Position numbers and translations under genes: made by a program
Source of the DNA: Epiperipatus broadwayi
Lineage: Eukaryota; Animalia; Onychophora
DNA length: 64,000 nt
Direction: 5' to 3'
Assembly: GCA_028023455.1 (NCBI GenBank)
Contig: JAQFVV010000005.1
Coordinates: 19,220,001-19,284,000, forward strand
Shown: piece by piece, positions 39,467 to 51,500 of the stretch
Position numbering within the stretch: position 1 is the first letter of the stretch
How the letters are laid out: each line of letters begins with the position of its first letter
The notes under the pieces: model-generated
Told to the model about the DNA's origin: nothing
Database searches by the model: none
The model's input: only the letters and a program-made list of their open reading frames with translations

Positions 39467-39728
39467 ATAGAGATAAAAAATATTTTATAGTAAATGCTTT
39501 ATTTATCACGCACTAAAAACCAAAGAAATAATTGTTTCTTCAACCACAATTGGGATTTTTAATTGAACTTGAAACGAAAGCATAATCGGTCCAAAAATTA
39601 ATTTAAATCCATTACTATGTGGATCAAGTTCAATCTAAAAAGTCCAATTGTGGTTAAAGAAATAATTATTTTTTTGGCTTTTAGTGCAGGACAAACAAAA
39701 GCATTTAATATACATTTTTTATCTCTAT
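39467..39728. mobile_element. Palindromic MITE-like element
   Basis: ATAGAGATAAAAAA ... TTTTTTATCTCTAT termini with long imperfect inverted arms; related to 4188-4458. Confidence 0.6.
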
Positions 39729-40351
39729 TTATTTTTAAGTTTTTAGTATCGCACAGTAAATAAAAATGTTCAACTTATGGTACTCAAATGGATTTTACAC
39801 TAATAGTTTATATACAAGAGGTGTGACAATTTAATTCCTGGAATGCACCCTTATAAAATGTACATGTGGAAATGTACACTAGTGGCCACTATCACCTTGT
39901 GCACCTATACACATGAAGTTTCTATCATATAACAAATATTTTTCTTTTAAGATCAAAGCATGAATACTCTTCTGTCCAACCAAAATAATAATTGTCATCT
40001 TTACCCTCCAGATATGCAACAATATATCTTATTGTAATATTGAATAATGCATGGTACATACTGGATTTGACTACAGTTCAAACAAATACTAGAAATAAAT
40101 CAAGTTTGCATGGAAAATCCTCATCTATCGAAAAAAATCTCAGGCTTCGTTCCATGTTTGACCTCCTGGATATCCATTAAACCGTTTTTGCAGTACTTAA
40201 AATGTTCAATATTATAAAGTTATCGTTATTTTTTCAAAAATTATGGATACTGTAAATGAAAATAATTTTAATAAAATTACAGATACAAAGCTTATTCAAA
40301 TGTGTAAATTTATTAAAGTAAAAATAATAATAATTTTAAGACTCAACTTAC

Positions 40352-41117
40352 CTTTCCCTTTATCACCAACCGCATTTTCAGATGATTTTGCACAATGAGA
40401 TTTAATATAATCGAGGACTGATTTTGTATGACACTGATTAATCATTTTAGCCAATCTATTATCTTTAATTTTATTATCCGTTAGTATCAATTCTTTCAAT
40501 TTCCCGCAGTCTGCTAATTCTCCCGGCAGCTGTTCAATAACATTTTCGGATAAATCTAACATTTTCAAAGACTGAAGTAACGATATGGTTGGGTGTATTG
40601 CTGATATATGGTTACTTTTAGCCTTAAAAGTACTCAGCAGTTGCAAATCCCGATGGCAAACATCAGAAAAAGATTCAAGTGCATTTTTTGATACATCTAG
40701 TATAGCCAAATTAATTAGTTTTGTCAAATTTGGAAGAGTTGTTAATAAATTGTTACTTAGATTCAGTGTTTGCAAATCAGTAAGGTTTTCCACTGAATTA
40801 GAAATTTCTTCAAGTTTATTCCCAGATACATCGAGCACTTTCAATTTCTTCAAATTAGCAATACTATCGGGAAGCTTCTCGATTTGGTTATTACATAAAA
40901 CTAATGAAGTGAGATTGACTAGCTTACCGACATCGGACGGCAATTCCCCTAACATTGTTCTACTAATTTCTAAAAAATTCAAAGTATTTAAAGTAAAGAT
41001 ATTTGAATCCAAACCATTTTTTTCGATTTTCTGAGAAACTGAACTTCCACTTAATACTAATTCATAACGTTTGTCTTTCTTTGCCTGCGCTATTTCTGGC
41101 CACATTTCAGACGACAT
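40352..41117 (-). CDS. LRRC47: LRRC47-like, coding exon 1 (leucine-rich repeats)
   Basis: MSSEMWPEIAQAKKDKRYELVLSG... followed by multiple LxxLxLxxN repeats and DNRLAKMINQCHTKSVLDYI. Donor AAAG|gtaagt at 40352/40351; 766 nt, phase 1. Confidence 0.93.
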
Positions 41118-42599
41118 ATTTGAAATAAATATGAAAGAACATAATAGTTGTGTTGGTGAATAGTTACACCGCGGAGAAAAAGTTAATTACTAATTTTTTA
41201 TTTAACACCGTTTTATTAATTTGCTGTTTGCTTTTAAAAAGTATATATAAATTTACTGATAGACAACTATTTGGAAAAGATTGGAAAATATTTTTAAATT
41301 TAAATTGTCCCAAGTATCGCCCGATTGCATAATTTTGATTGGACGTGATGAAACAATTTGTGCTAGCTAATTGTAAAGGATAGGATAGACTACCGTAAAT
41401 GCAATAAGAAAGTAGTCTAATGTGTTTTTTTCTGTTTTTGCTTTGTATTGATAAGTGTCTGATTTAAGAATTAAAATATTTTTTATCTAATTCCCAACTG
41501 CGAAAATAAAAGATCTTAATGTATTCAATTGAATGAAATTGGTGTGCTCATTTTATTACATTGATGCTAGAATGTTTTTTGACATTATTATTTATGCATT
41601 GCATCATTTTAAAATGCAATTGCCAGAGATTTAAATTAAGTTCGTATCCTGTTTAAATATTTGTCATTAGGTTCTTAGAATGTTTCTATTAATTGGCATT
41701 ATTTAATCAAAATGAAAGTGTCGTCACTTTAGTTTTAAGGTGCCCGTTTTAAATATATATACTGTATATTCTAATTATATTCTGCTGTGTCCTGAGGGGT
41801 AATAATAATAATAATTTACACTGAAATTTATATATAACAATATTTATTCAAATGAGTTAAAAAACATTAAGAATATAATAATCCAATTTAAATACGTTAT
41901 AATTTATCCTCGAATTGAAGTACATATTATTCATACGCGGATGTGTTTTCAAATTTACTTGCTATTAATTCTCGATTGCGATTTGGTTAACTTCTGTTAA
42001 TCAAAGCTTTTCTTCGGTATTTAATAATCATTTAATCGACAACAAATATTACTTCTTTCCGCCTACACCACTTGACTACGTGGGGTTTATTTATACTCTT
42101 AATTTGTATGTAAATGCCTGTATTTGCATACAAATTTTTTCATTTAAATTTTCTATTGGCACGATCTCTTTCTAGATTTTTCAAGAGTAGTTTGTAAAGC
42201 AAAGAGAATGTTTTACAAGTAAAATTATCTGTACGCATTTGCAAAAATAAACGATCTTTATTTACTAATAACGTGAAAGCCTAAACCCTTCAACAGAAGC
42301 ACCTTAAAAATGCTTATGTGACAGCCAATCAGATGCAATAATGACTGCGCGTCAAGTTTTTATATGCACAGACACTCATTCTTTCCCACTCTAGAAATAT
42401 TGGACTCAGTTGCATATGTAGTCTCTAAACTTCACAGCTGGTCTACATATACTTGGAATTGAGTAACTTTCCTTCCTCTATCGAAGTAGCTACACCCTGA
42501 ATTTCTTTCTGTAGAAAGTGCTTAGTATCAATTAATTTATTTGATCCATGTCATTATTTACATCATCTGATATAGTATCTTTTTTTTTTTATTATTAAT

Positions 42600-43960
42600 A
42601 AGTAGTAATAGGTTAATCAGATGAGTCCAGAATGGACGACACATCAATAACTGCTGGAGTCTTATTTGTTGCTATACTCAGCATAAAATTCTGGTTATAC
42701 ATAGCACCTATAAATGCTTCTAGTACATCCTTTACTCTAGTTCTTTTTTTCAACTCATTTTTTAAATATTGAAGTTTTCTTCATGAGACCATTACTTTCA
42801 GGGTGAAAAGGTGGAATAAAAATATGTCTAATCCTTTTATCCTGCAAGTAATTCTAAAACTTATGCAAAATAAAGCCTGTACTGTTATCAATCACTATTG
42901 TATCCAGATAACCATGCATAGCAAATATTTCCTTCAGTGGTGTTATTGTACATTCTGCACTTTTTATTATCAGTATTTTTGCATTATTATCAGTATTATG
43001 TATCTGTTTAATGGGCCTGCATGATCCAGGTATGACTTCAAGGGGTTGTGGATCTTTTCCAGTTGCTTGGATGGCATATTTGCAATTCATTTGATGGTTA
43101 GTACATTTTTTTAACCATCTGTTCAATGCCAACAATTAAATTTGGCCATCATATGAGGCTAATGCTTTTATCCTCAAAATTCTAGAATGACCTTGCCTTT
43201 GAGGGAATAAATGTGCAATCTATGGTCAGCACACATAACTATTTAAAGTTGTGGAGTTAAAATGTCTATTTAGTTAATTTTGCCATAGCTGAACTATTTA
43301 GAGTTGTGGAGTTAAAATGTCTATGTAGTTAATTTTGCTAACTGCATATTTTTTCTCCTTATTTTCAAATAACTGTGACAGAGCATCAGCATTTCTGATT
43401 TATTTTTCTGGTTTATGGAATAACTTGTACTGTTCTATTTTGTATCAGCCACTTGATGGCGCTATTTATATGGAAAAGTACATAAATATGCCATTTACAT
43501 GGCCGCCACCTTCTAGGCTATATATAACTATGCAAAAGCACAGAAAGAGGCTGTTTAAACATGGCCACTGATGATGCTATTTCTATGCTAAAAGCACAGA
43601 AAGATGCCATTTTTGGTGGCCGGCCTGCTTTGTGTTACGCACTTTATCTCAATGCTCACAGTTCAAAGTTCATTACAGTATCATGTGAGGGTGTCTGGAC
43701 TTCAGCCTGCCACAAATCTTCAAATATGCATCTGCCCTACTATTATCTTCTAACCATTGTCAACCCATCGCCATGCTTCCTTATTCAACATGGAACCTTT
43801 AAAAAATTTGGAAAGGATACATCCAAGATTTCGACCAGCTCACACAAAAAGTCATGTTTGCACAAGAACATGTCTGTAACAAATAAAATGACTGGCTTGA
43901 AAATGGACAGTTTGAAATCGGGCAACTGCTCTCCACAGAAACTGGCATACATGGGGAATT
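42600..43960 (-). mobile_element. Ty3/gypsy pol relic (RNase H to integrase)
   Basis: Frameshifted remnants YKLFHKPEK*IRNADALSQL, LKEIFAMHGYLDTIVIDNST, IRHIFIPPFHPESNGL and NKTPA. Confidence 0.75.
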
Positions 43961-44833
43961 AATTAATTTTACTCTAATATAATCTTTGCAATAGGGTACG
44001 TCAGGACTAAGATGAAATTTTTGACCACTTATAGTTAAAGCTTTTTAAATTTTTTGTAGTGTAAAATTGTTCTCAAGTAAATTACAGGAATTGATTAAGG
44101 AAATCAGTGAATTATGTTAAGCCTTTGGATAAAATGTATGACTGTAAAATTTCTCGTAGTTCTATCCAAAGATCAAAAGAAATTGTCCAAAGAATACATT
44201 TATTAATCTTTGAAAAAAAAAAACAATCGAATTGGAAATTATTAATCATTCTTAATAGGTGTGCCATTAATATCCATAACACATATTCTTTCTAAGATAG
44301 CTATTGTAATAAATCAATCAATAAATAAATACTTTTCCTTTTCAAAAATGACCCCAAAAAGTTTCCTTTTCAAAAATGACCCCAAAAAAGTAAAAGACAG
44401 TTTAGTAATTAAAGCATTATCAGCATTTTTTCCCGCCATGATGTTGTTAGTTATCTTGCAAGCAATGCTAGTAAACTTTGTAAATTTTGCAGGGAGAGGG
44501 GTGGGTGGATGATGGTTTTGCTAGCCAGTGCTGGCGTACATAAGGAATTCTACTATAATAGAATATTTGCAATAATGTATGTTTACGTAAAATTGTTCCA
44601 GTAAATTTATTAATAAATTAATTACATTTGATTATTATTCTTTCACAAATAATGGGGTGGGCCTGGTAACTTTATATTTATCGCATGATCACATTTTCTA
44701 TACGAGCACATTAATTGTTGATAAACAGAGCAAAACTCTCCATACAGTATTGCCACCTGTGCTAAACAGAGTAATCAATGGATGCCGGAAGGCTTGTGCA
44801 TAAAATCCCTATCTAATGCCTACTCATCCAATA

Positions 44834-44875
44834 TCCCCAGACTAGTTTCTGGCTTGTGGCCTTTGTCAGTGAGGA
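44834..44875 (-). ncRNA. Degenerate hammerhead, subfamily A (CUGACAA, G8 mutated)
   Basis: TCCTCA CTGACAA AGGC-CACAA-GCCA GAA ACTAGT C TGGGGA. Confidence 0.6.
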
Positions 44876-45388
44876 GCTTTGGATCTGAGAGCACTGCATC
44901 TAGATCTTAGGATCTAATGCAACCCTCTAGCAACCACCTTTTATCTCTACTTAACTACAAAACTATGAGAATGAAATTGAAAACACAAAAAATATTTTCA
45001 ATCTAAGCTCAATAGCTTATATAGTCATATGGGTCTGAACTCAGTTCAGCACCCATACATTTTGGTGTCTTTGGCTCTTTTACAACCATAGCCACCACTA
45101 TCCTATTAGGCAGGATTGGTGTTAAACCATTAAGCATCACATGATCACATTTTCTATACTAGCACATTAATTGTTGATAAACAGAGCAAAACTCTCCATA
45201 CAGTATTGCCACCTTTGCTAAACAGAGTAATCAATGGATGCCAGAAGGCTTGTGCATAAAATCCCTATCTAATGCCTACTCATCCAATATCATTCTCATA
45301 GTTTTGTAGCTAAGTAGAGATAAAAGGTGGTTGCTAGAGGGTTGCATTAGATCCTAAGATCTAGATGCAGTGCTCTCAGATCCAAAGC

Positions 45389-45430
45389 TCCTCACTGACG
45401 AAGGCCACAAGCCAGAAACTAGTCTGGGGA
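45389..45430 (+). ncRNA. Minimal type I hammerhead ribozyme, subfamily A, intact
   Basis: TCCTCA CTGACGA AGGC-CACAA-GCCA GAA ACTAGT C TGGGGA; GUC cleavage after 45424. Confidence 0.85.
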
Positions 45431-45844
45431 TATTGGATGAGTAGGCATTAGATAGGGATTTTATGCACAAGCCTTCTGGCATCCATTGATTACTCTGTTT
45501 AGCACAGGTGGCAATACTATATGGAGAGTTTTGCTCTGTTTATCAACAATTAATGTGCTAGTATAGAAAATGTGATCATGTGATGCTTAATGGTTTAACA
45601 CCAATCCTGCCTAATAGGATAGTGGTGGCTATGGTTGTAAAAGAGCCAAAGACACCAAAATGTATGGGTGCTGAACTGAGTTCAGACCCAAATGACTATA
45701 TAAGCTATTGAGCTTAGATTGAAAATATTTTTTGTGTTTTCAATTTCATTCTCATAGTTTTGTAGTTAAGTAGAGATAAAAGGTTGTTGCTAGAGGGTTG
45801 CATTAGATCCTAAGATCTAGATGCAGTGCTCTCAGATCCAAAGC

Positions 45845-45886
45845 TCCTCACTGACGAAGGCCACAAGCCAGAAACTAGTCTGGGGA
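45845..45886 (+). ncRNA. Minimal type I hammerhead ribozyme, subfamily A, intact
   Basis: Identical to 45389-45430; cleavage after 45880. Confidence 0.85.
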
Positions 45887-46301
45887 TATTGGATGAGTAG
45901 GCATTAGATAGGGATTTTATGCACAAGCCTTCTGGCATCCATTGATTACTCTGTTTAGCACAGGTGGCAGTACTGTATGGAGAGTTTTGCTTTGTTTATC
46001 AACAATTAATGTGCTAGTATAGAAAATGAGATCATGTGATGCTTAATGGTTTAACACCAATCCTGCCTAATAGGATAGTTGTGGCTATGGTTGTAAAAGA
46101 GCCAAAGACACCAAAATGTATGGGTGGTGAACTGAGTTCAGACCCATATGACTATATAAGCTATTGAGCTTAGATTGAAAATATTTTTTGTGTTTTTCAA
46201 TTTCATTCTCATAGTTTTGTAGTTAAGTAGAGATAAAAGGTGGTTGCTAGAGGGTTGCATTAGATCCTAAGATCTAGATGCAGTGCTCTCAGATCCAAAG
46301 C

Positions 46302-46343
46302 TCCTCACTGACGAAGGCCACAAGCCAGAAACTAGTCTGGGGA
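46302..46343 (+). ncRNA. Minimal type I hammerhead ribozyme, subfamily A, intact
   Basis: Identical to 45389-45430; cleavage after 46337. Confidence 0.85.
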
Positions 46344-46554
46344 TATTGGATGAGTAGGCATTAGATAGGGATTTTATGCACAAGCCTTCTGGCATCCATT
46401 GATTACTCTGTTTAGCACAGGTGGCAATACTGTATGGAGAGTTTTGCTCTGTTTATCTGTTTTTGCATAGCAACAATACCATCAAACAGATGACACAATC
46501 TAATAGAACAGTACCGAATAACTCCTAGTCATATCCTACCAAAATATTTAGCCA

Positions 46555-46752
46555 TCATAGCACACATTGGCTTACATTTTCCAGAATATTGTACCAAAAA
46601 TTCCCATTAGAGGCAATGGTCATGCAAGTCTGAAATCTTTGCCCATAAATATATTGATGAAATTTCTTTATAGCCCATCCACTAATACCTCCTTGGCTGG
46701 AGTTTTTTCCAGCTGTTGACAATACTCTTGAGGTGTAGACTGTTGGATCCAT
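46555..46752 (-). mobile_element. Ty3/gypsy RNase H fragment
   Basis: PTVYTSRVLSTAGKNSSQ...WAIKKFHQYIYGQRF matches gypsy RT-RNase H (PIAYASRTL..AEKNYSQ...WA.KKFHQYLYG). Confidence 0.8.
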
Positions 46753-47095
46753 AACATGGATAGTACATGTCTGCTCCCAAATCCATACTCATTCTTATTT
46801 TAACATCTAAATCATTATGGTAATGAATCAATAACTTGTCATTATGTTAAAAGGGCTTTTGCTTTTTGAAAACTAAATCAGGTTTGCCGGATGTCCAATG
46901 TTTCTTATTTAAGAACTGATAACAAAGATAACAACCAATGTGATTTCACTTTCCAAAAGTCTCAGAAATGGTTACAATTCCTTTACATTTCTAAGCTTTT
47001 CAAACATTACCTTGTCAAGATTAGGATATTCTTCATTGCATTTATTATGTGTCCGAGAAATTTTATTTTTTTCATGAAAGCAATACGTAACTTCT

Positions 47096-47595
47096 NNNNN
47101 NNNNNNNNNNNNNNNNNNNNNNNNNNNNNNNNNNNNNNNNNNNNNNNNNNNNNNNNNNNNNNNNNNNNNNNNNNNNNNNNNNNNNNNNNNNNNNNNNNNN
47201 NNNNNNNNNNNNNNNNNNNNNNNNNNNNNNNNNNNNNNNNNNNNNNNNNNNNNNNNNNNNNNNNNNNNNNNNNNNNNNNNNNNNNNNNNNNNNNNNNNNN
47301 NNNNNNNNNNNNNNNNNNNNNNNNNNNNNNNNNNNNNNNNNNNNNNNNNNNNNNNNNNNNNNNNNNNNNNNNNNNNNNNNNNNNNNNNNNNNNNNNNNNN
47401 NNNNNNNNNNNNNNNNNNNNNNNNNNNNNNNNNNNNNNNNNNNNNNNNNNNNNNNNNNNNNNNNNNNNNNNNNNNNNNNNNNNNNNNNNNNNNNNNNNNN
47501 NNNNNNNNNNNNNNNNNNNNNNNNNNNNNNNNNNNNNNNNNNNNNNNNNNNNNNNNNNNNNNNNNNNNNNNNNNNNNNNNNNNNNNNNNNNNNNN
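47096..47595. other. Assembly gap (500 N)
   Basis: Run of N; the ORFs spanning it are artefacts. Confidence 0.99.
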
Positions 47596-48507
47596 TTGTC
47601 TGGAAATAATAATGATAAATAAGATTAAATTATGCACCTGTATATTTAAAAAAAAAATATATAAAAAAAAATATATAAACTTTCTCAGAGTAAATATAGG
47701 AAAAGTTATATAGGGGCATTCTTACGGAGAAGTTACCTTTAAAAAAAAAAGAAAATTATTCCCAAACCATTAACTTTGGTTGCACATTATTCCATTCCCA
47801 TTTAGTTAAATTGTCTAAGTAATAAATCTTAGTTATATTATTGTGTTGTCATGGATGATGGAAGGACACAAAAAACACCCTTGTCTTTTTATTATTCTGA
47901 CTGAGATTCTAAAAAAAAAAGGCTGTGTTATTCAAAATTATACGTCATTATTGAATAGAATTATCATCTCTTTAAATAATATAGCAGTTGATATGAGAGA
48001 TGAAGACACATTGAATTTAAGTAAAAATAAATGTTTCCTATAGTCGACCAGAATGCCAGTCATATGCGACAACACAATACTGCCGAGCATTTCCTTACAT
48101 GAAACAAAGAACCCTGAGATCAAGGCATTTTATTTCGATAATAATAATTAAAGTAGATGCAGATCAGTATTGCTAGTAATGAATTTATTAAAGGATTGAG
48201 GGGTGTGCATTACTTAAGTCACGGATGCTTTGTAAAAAATAACATATAAATAAAACAATAGTAGAATATTTGGAATGACTACGAGGGCAGCTCGCCGCTA
48301 ACCCATAGAAAGTGTTGTCACAGAACAGGCCGAAACTTAACGACCGGGTGACGACTGCGTTTAATTCTGCGGTGACATTTGAGTACACACTGCTCGTGGA
48401 ACTTACAGGAAGCGAAGAGAACGGACTCGGCCATGTAAAATCCTTGTGAAAAGCAAAACAAAGCAGTTTCTAACAACCAATTCATTTACCAGCAAATACT
48501 AGACTAG

Positions 48508-51500
48508 TGTATATAAAACATACTAAATCGGGTTTTACTTGAATTAAGAGAGATGCCTCAATCAAATTCCCAGAAATTCATTTAAAAGGGTCCGCACATT
48601 CTTGACATCAATGATGAACTTTGTAATTAAAGTAGAACGCAGTATTTAACATAGGAAAATGCATGCTTGTAAGTTTGAAAAATATATATTTATTTACGCA
48701 ATCTTGGCATTTGGGGACACATTTAATCATTGACCTCGCACATACTCTCATATTAGGTAAAATCAATAAATGTAGATGTTAAACTATTTGATTATTATAT
48801 ATATTAAAGAAGATTAGAATTGCCCCTCGAACGAGTGATTTGCAAGATAATAAAATTGGAGATTATTTATAAATTTAAAATATGCCTTAATAGCGGCGTC
48901 TTACTTTCAACAAAAGGAATAATTCACTCGGTCAAAGATGATTCTGACACATTATCATAATAAAATAAAAGAAAAGCTTAATAAATAGAAAATATTAACT
49001 CCAAGGATAGATAGCAAAACGTTGATTATATTAGAATATGTTAAAATTATAAAGACACAGTTATGTAAAATAAAAGAAAAACAATTTAAAATAGCTATAG
49101 CATGTTAGTTAGGAATCACAAGAGCTCTAAGTTAATTTGGGGTTAGCTCTGGAGAAGCATTTGCAGTTAGATTGATGGTCGGCAGGTTTTATATAACTCG
49201 GCAGCAAAATCTGGAATTGTTCATATTTTTGGCAGCAGTAGCAGTTCCGAGGTTCCTTATGTGATAGCTTCCGATGGTCTAGAGCAGCAGCCGGCCATTC
49301 CTGAGGGAAATAGCCTTTGCGCCCGGCTCTACTCCGACATGTCAAGGTTAGCAATTTGTGTGGTAACCATGGTGAATTAATTTGGAGATTTGAAAACTCG
49401 GCTTCAAATATAAGTTTGCAGGAATGTAGCTAAAATCTCAGAAAATATATTTTGAAGAATATTTTACTAGAATATTTTCTATAGAAAATGACTAGAATCA
49501 TTTCATTAATAATTTTGGTTAGAAACATTTCATCAGCAAATGACCAGAATGGAGAACAAAACCCTTTTATAGTGGAATTGGACAATAGAACTGCCCCCTG
49601 GGAGCTGCCATAAAATATATCGGACTTATCAGTCAGCTGCAATTAAACCCATCCGAATGTCTAGCGGAATTTAACAAAATTTTAATTAATTTCTATTGTT
49701 AATTTCCCTTGCTGACATTCGAATTACAAACTAGATTTAATTAAAATAACTTACTAATTAAAGAAAACCTTAAGTGGACATCTACTGTATATTATAGATA
49801 AGCTTCTATAACATGAAATAATTAAACTATTGTTTCTCATTTATTTTAACAGAAATATTTGGAATGATTTTTATTAAATTAGAAGAAAATTATTTTACTT
49901 TTTTTAAATTGCAATATTTGAATCTATTTACTAAACTAATATGAATTTTATTTTAAATAAAAAATATATTACGACGGTAATATATTTTTGTAAATAGATT
50001 CAAACAAAATAACTTTAATTAACAATTTATAATTTTTGATGTTTTAAAAATGCGTATCATAGTGTGTGCGCATCATGACCTATATAACCTACTTTTAAAT
50101 AAATCTAAATTATGTGAACATATACATAATCCATAATATTTTATTTATTTGGGCATGAGTTATACTTATATATAATATGAGCATTGTACTCGCTTAAAAT
50201 TAGGCGGGATTTTTGGTATATAAGCGTATTGCAGACACACTACTATAGATTGGGGTTCAAACTAAGGTATGAGTGGGGGAAAATAGAGGAGAAAGGTGAA
50301 TGAAGATCTGCAAAAGCAGACCTTACTGTTTCACATTCCCTCAGTGATGGAACAAATTAAATTGTAAAAAAAATCTTACAACAGGTGTCCACCTATGAAG
50401 CCTGCATAAAAAAAATTACAAGTTAACCCATATAACGTAGACAGTATGTAAATATAATGATGGAACGAAACTGAATTATATAACCCGGATCATATAAAAA
50501 ACAATCTACCATCTAGCGAACATTTCCCATTTTCTTCCCTTTCCACAATTTTTATTTAACATTTTAAAAGTTTAATATATTGGTTTATCCGATCTCCTTT
50601 CTCATTTATCCGGTGACATGTCCATTCCTTTTTTTTTTTTGTTTTAAAAAAACTACTATAATTTTGTGGTCTGGCAGGTGATACCTGCCTTTATATTTTA
50701 ATCTATTGCAGTCTCAGATTATCAGGCCTCTTTATATTGTCTGGTGGTTGGATATACACAGGGTTTCAAACTGCTGGTTGTTAATAACTGTAGCTTTAGG
50801 CTGTCGGAATTATTTGCCTTATCTGGTGGCTCCTTGGCCCATGTGCAGAAATCCAGTGCCATCATTGTTTTCGCTTATTTCTTTACTTCATCCGGTTGAT
50901 ATCCCTTGCTATCAGGTAGGATATTGTCCTTGTTTTCATAATTTACTTTGATATTGGTGGTAAGGTTGGAGCTAGCTGGATTTGAGGCCCTTAGGTCTCA
51001 TACATCATCTTGTCTAAATACAGTTGGGGACACTGTTTTACCTTCATGAAAAGTTTTTATGTGAAGAAGCTTGGTTAGCTGGGCTTGAGGTCCTATGTCC
51101 TGTACCTCATTTGCTGGAGCTATTTTTGCTAAATCAAGTTGTGGACATTTTTGACTTTGTGAAAGATCTTAATGTTGACGAGCTTGATTGGCTGAGTTCG
51201 AGGTCCCTGGTCTGGTTATCAGTTTTCTTTGTGGAATCATTTGTCTTTATTTTCTGGTTCAGGGATTCGTATGTCAATGACCCTACCGAGTTCAGGTCTG
51301 TTTTATCTTTTCTTGGTTCAATGACCTTTTGATTGTTCTTCATGCAGCATTTTTTTCTAAATGCAAGCTGGAGGGCTTTCTGCTCCTCTCTCACTTGTGC
51401 CAATTCGTGGATGAGTTTGGTCACCAAATCTACATTCTCAGCTCTCCTTCGGGTTTGTTCTTCTTTTCCATTTTATTGCTCTTTCTTCACTTTGCTTCCA

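Larger units (their letters stand above)
44684..46457. mobile_element. Subfamily-A hammerhead tandem array: ~456 bp units, minus-oriented 44684-45290, plus-oriented 45291-46457
   Basis: Near-identical units, with predicted cleavage sites at 45424, 45880 and 46337 (spacing 456, 457). Confidence 0.9.

Noticed and set aside
40585-41034. Plus-strand ORFs antisense to LRRC47 exon 1 and to the hAT transposase (36176-37334)
   Set aside because: Shadow ORFs of the real coding frames on the opposite strand.
42618-42650. Hammerhead look-alike CAGATGA-GTCC/GGAC-GACAC
   Set aside because: Two core mismatches, and it is the reverse complement of the gypsy integrase relic (TPA...RPFWTHL), so coincidence is more parsimonious.
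45583-45711. 42-aa ORF repeated in each subfamily-A unit (MLNGLTPILPNRIVVAM...)
   Set aside because: Differences from the 63.8 kb copy are mostly non-synonymous and other copies are frameshifted; no sign of coding selection.
44684-46457. Regular repeats as a possible CRISPR array
   Set aside because: Units are ~456 bp with no unique spacers, no cas genes, and the context is a eukaryotic intron-rich genome.
46891-47637. Long ORFs of 243 aa and 221 aa in the ORF track
   Set aside because: Artefacts of translating the 500-N gap.
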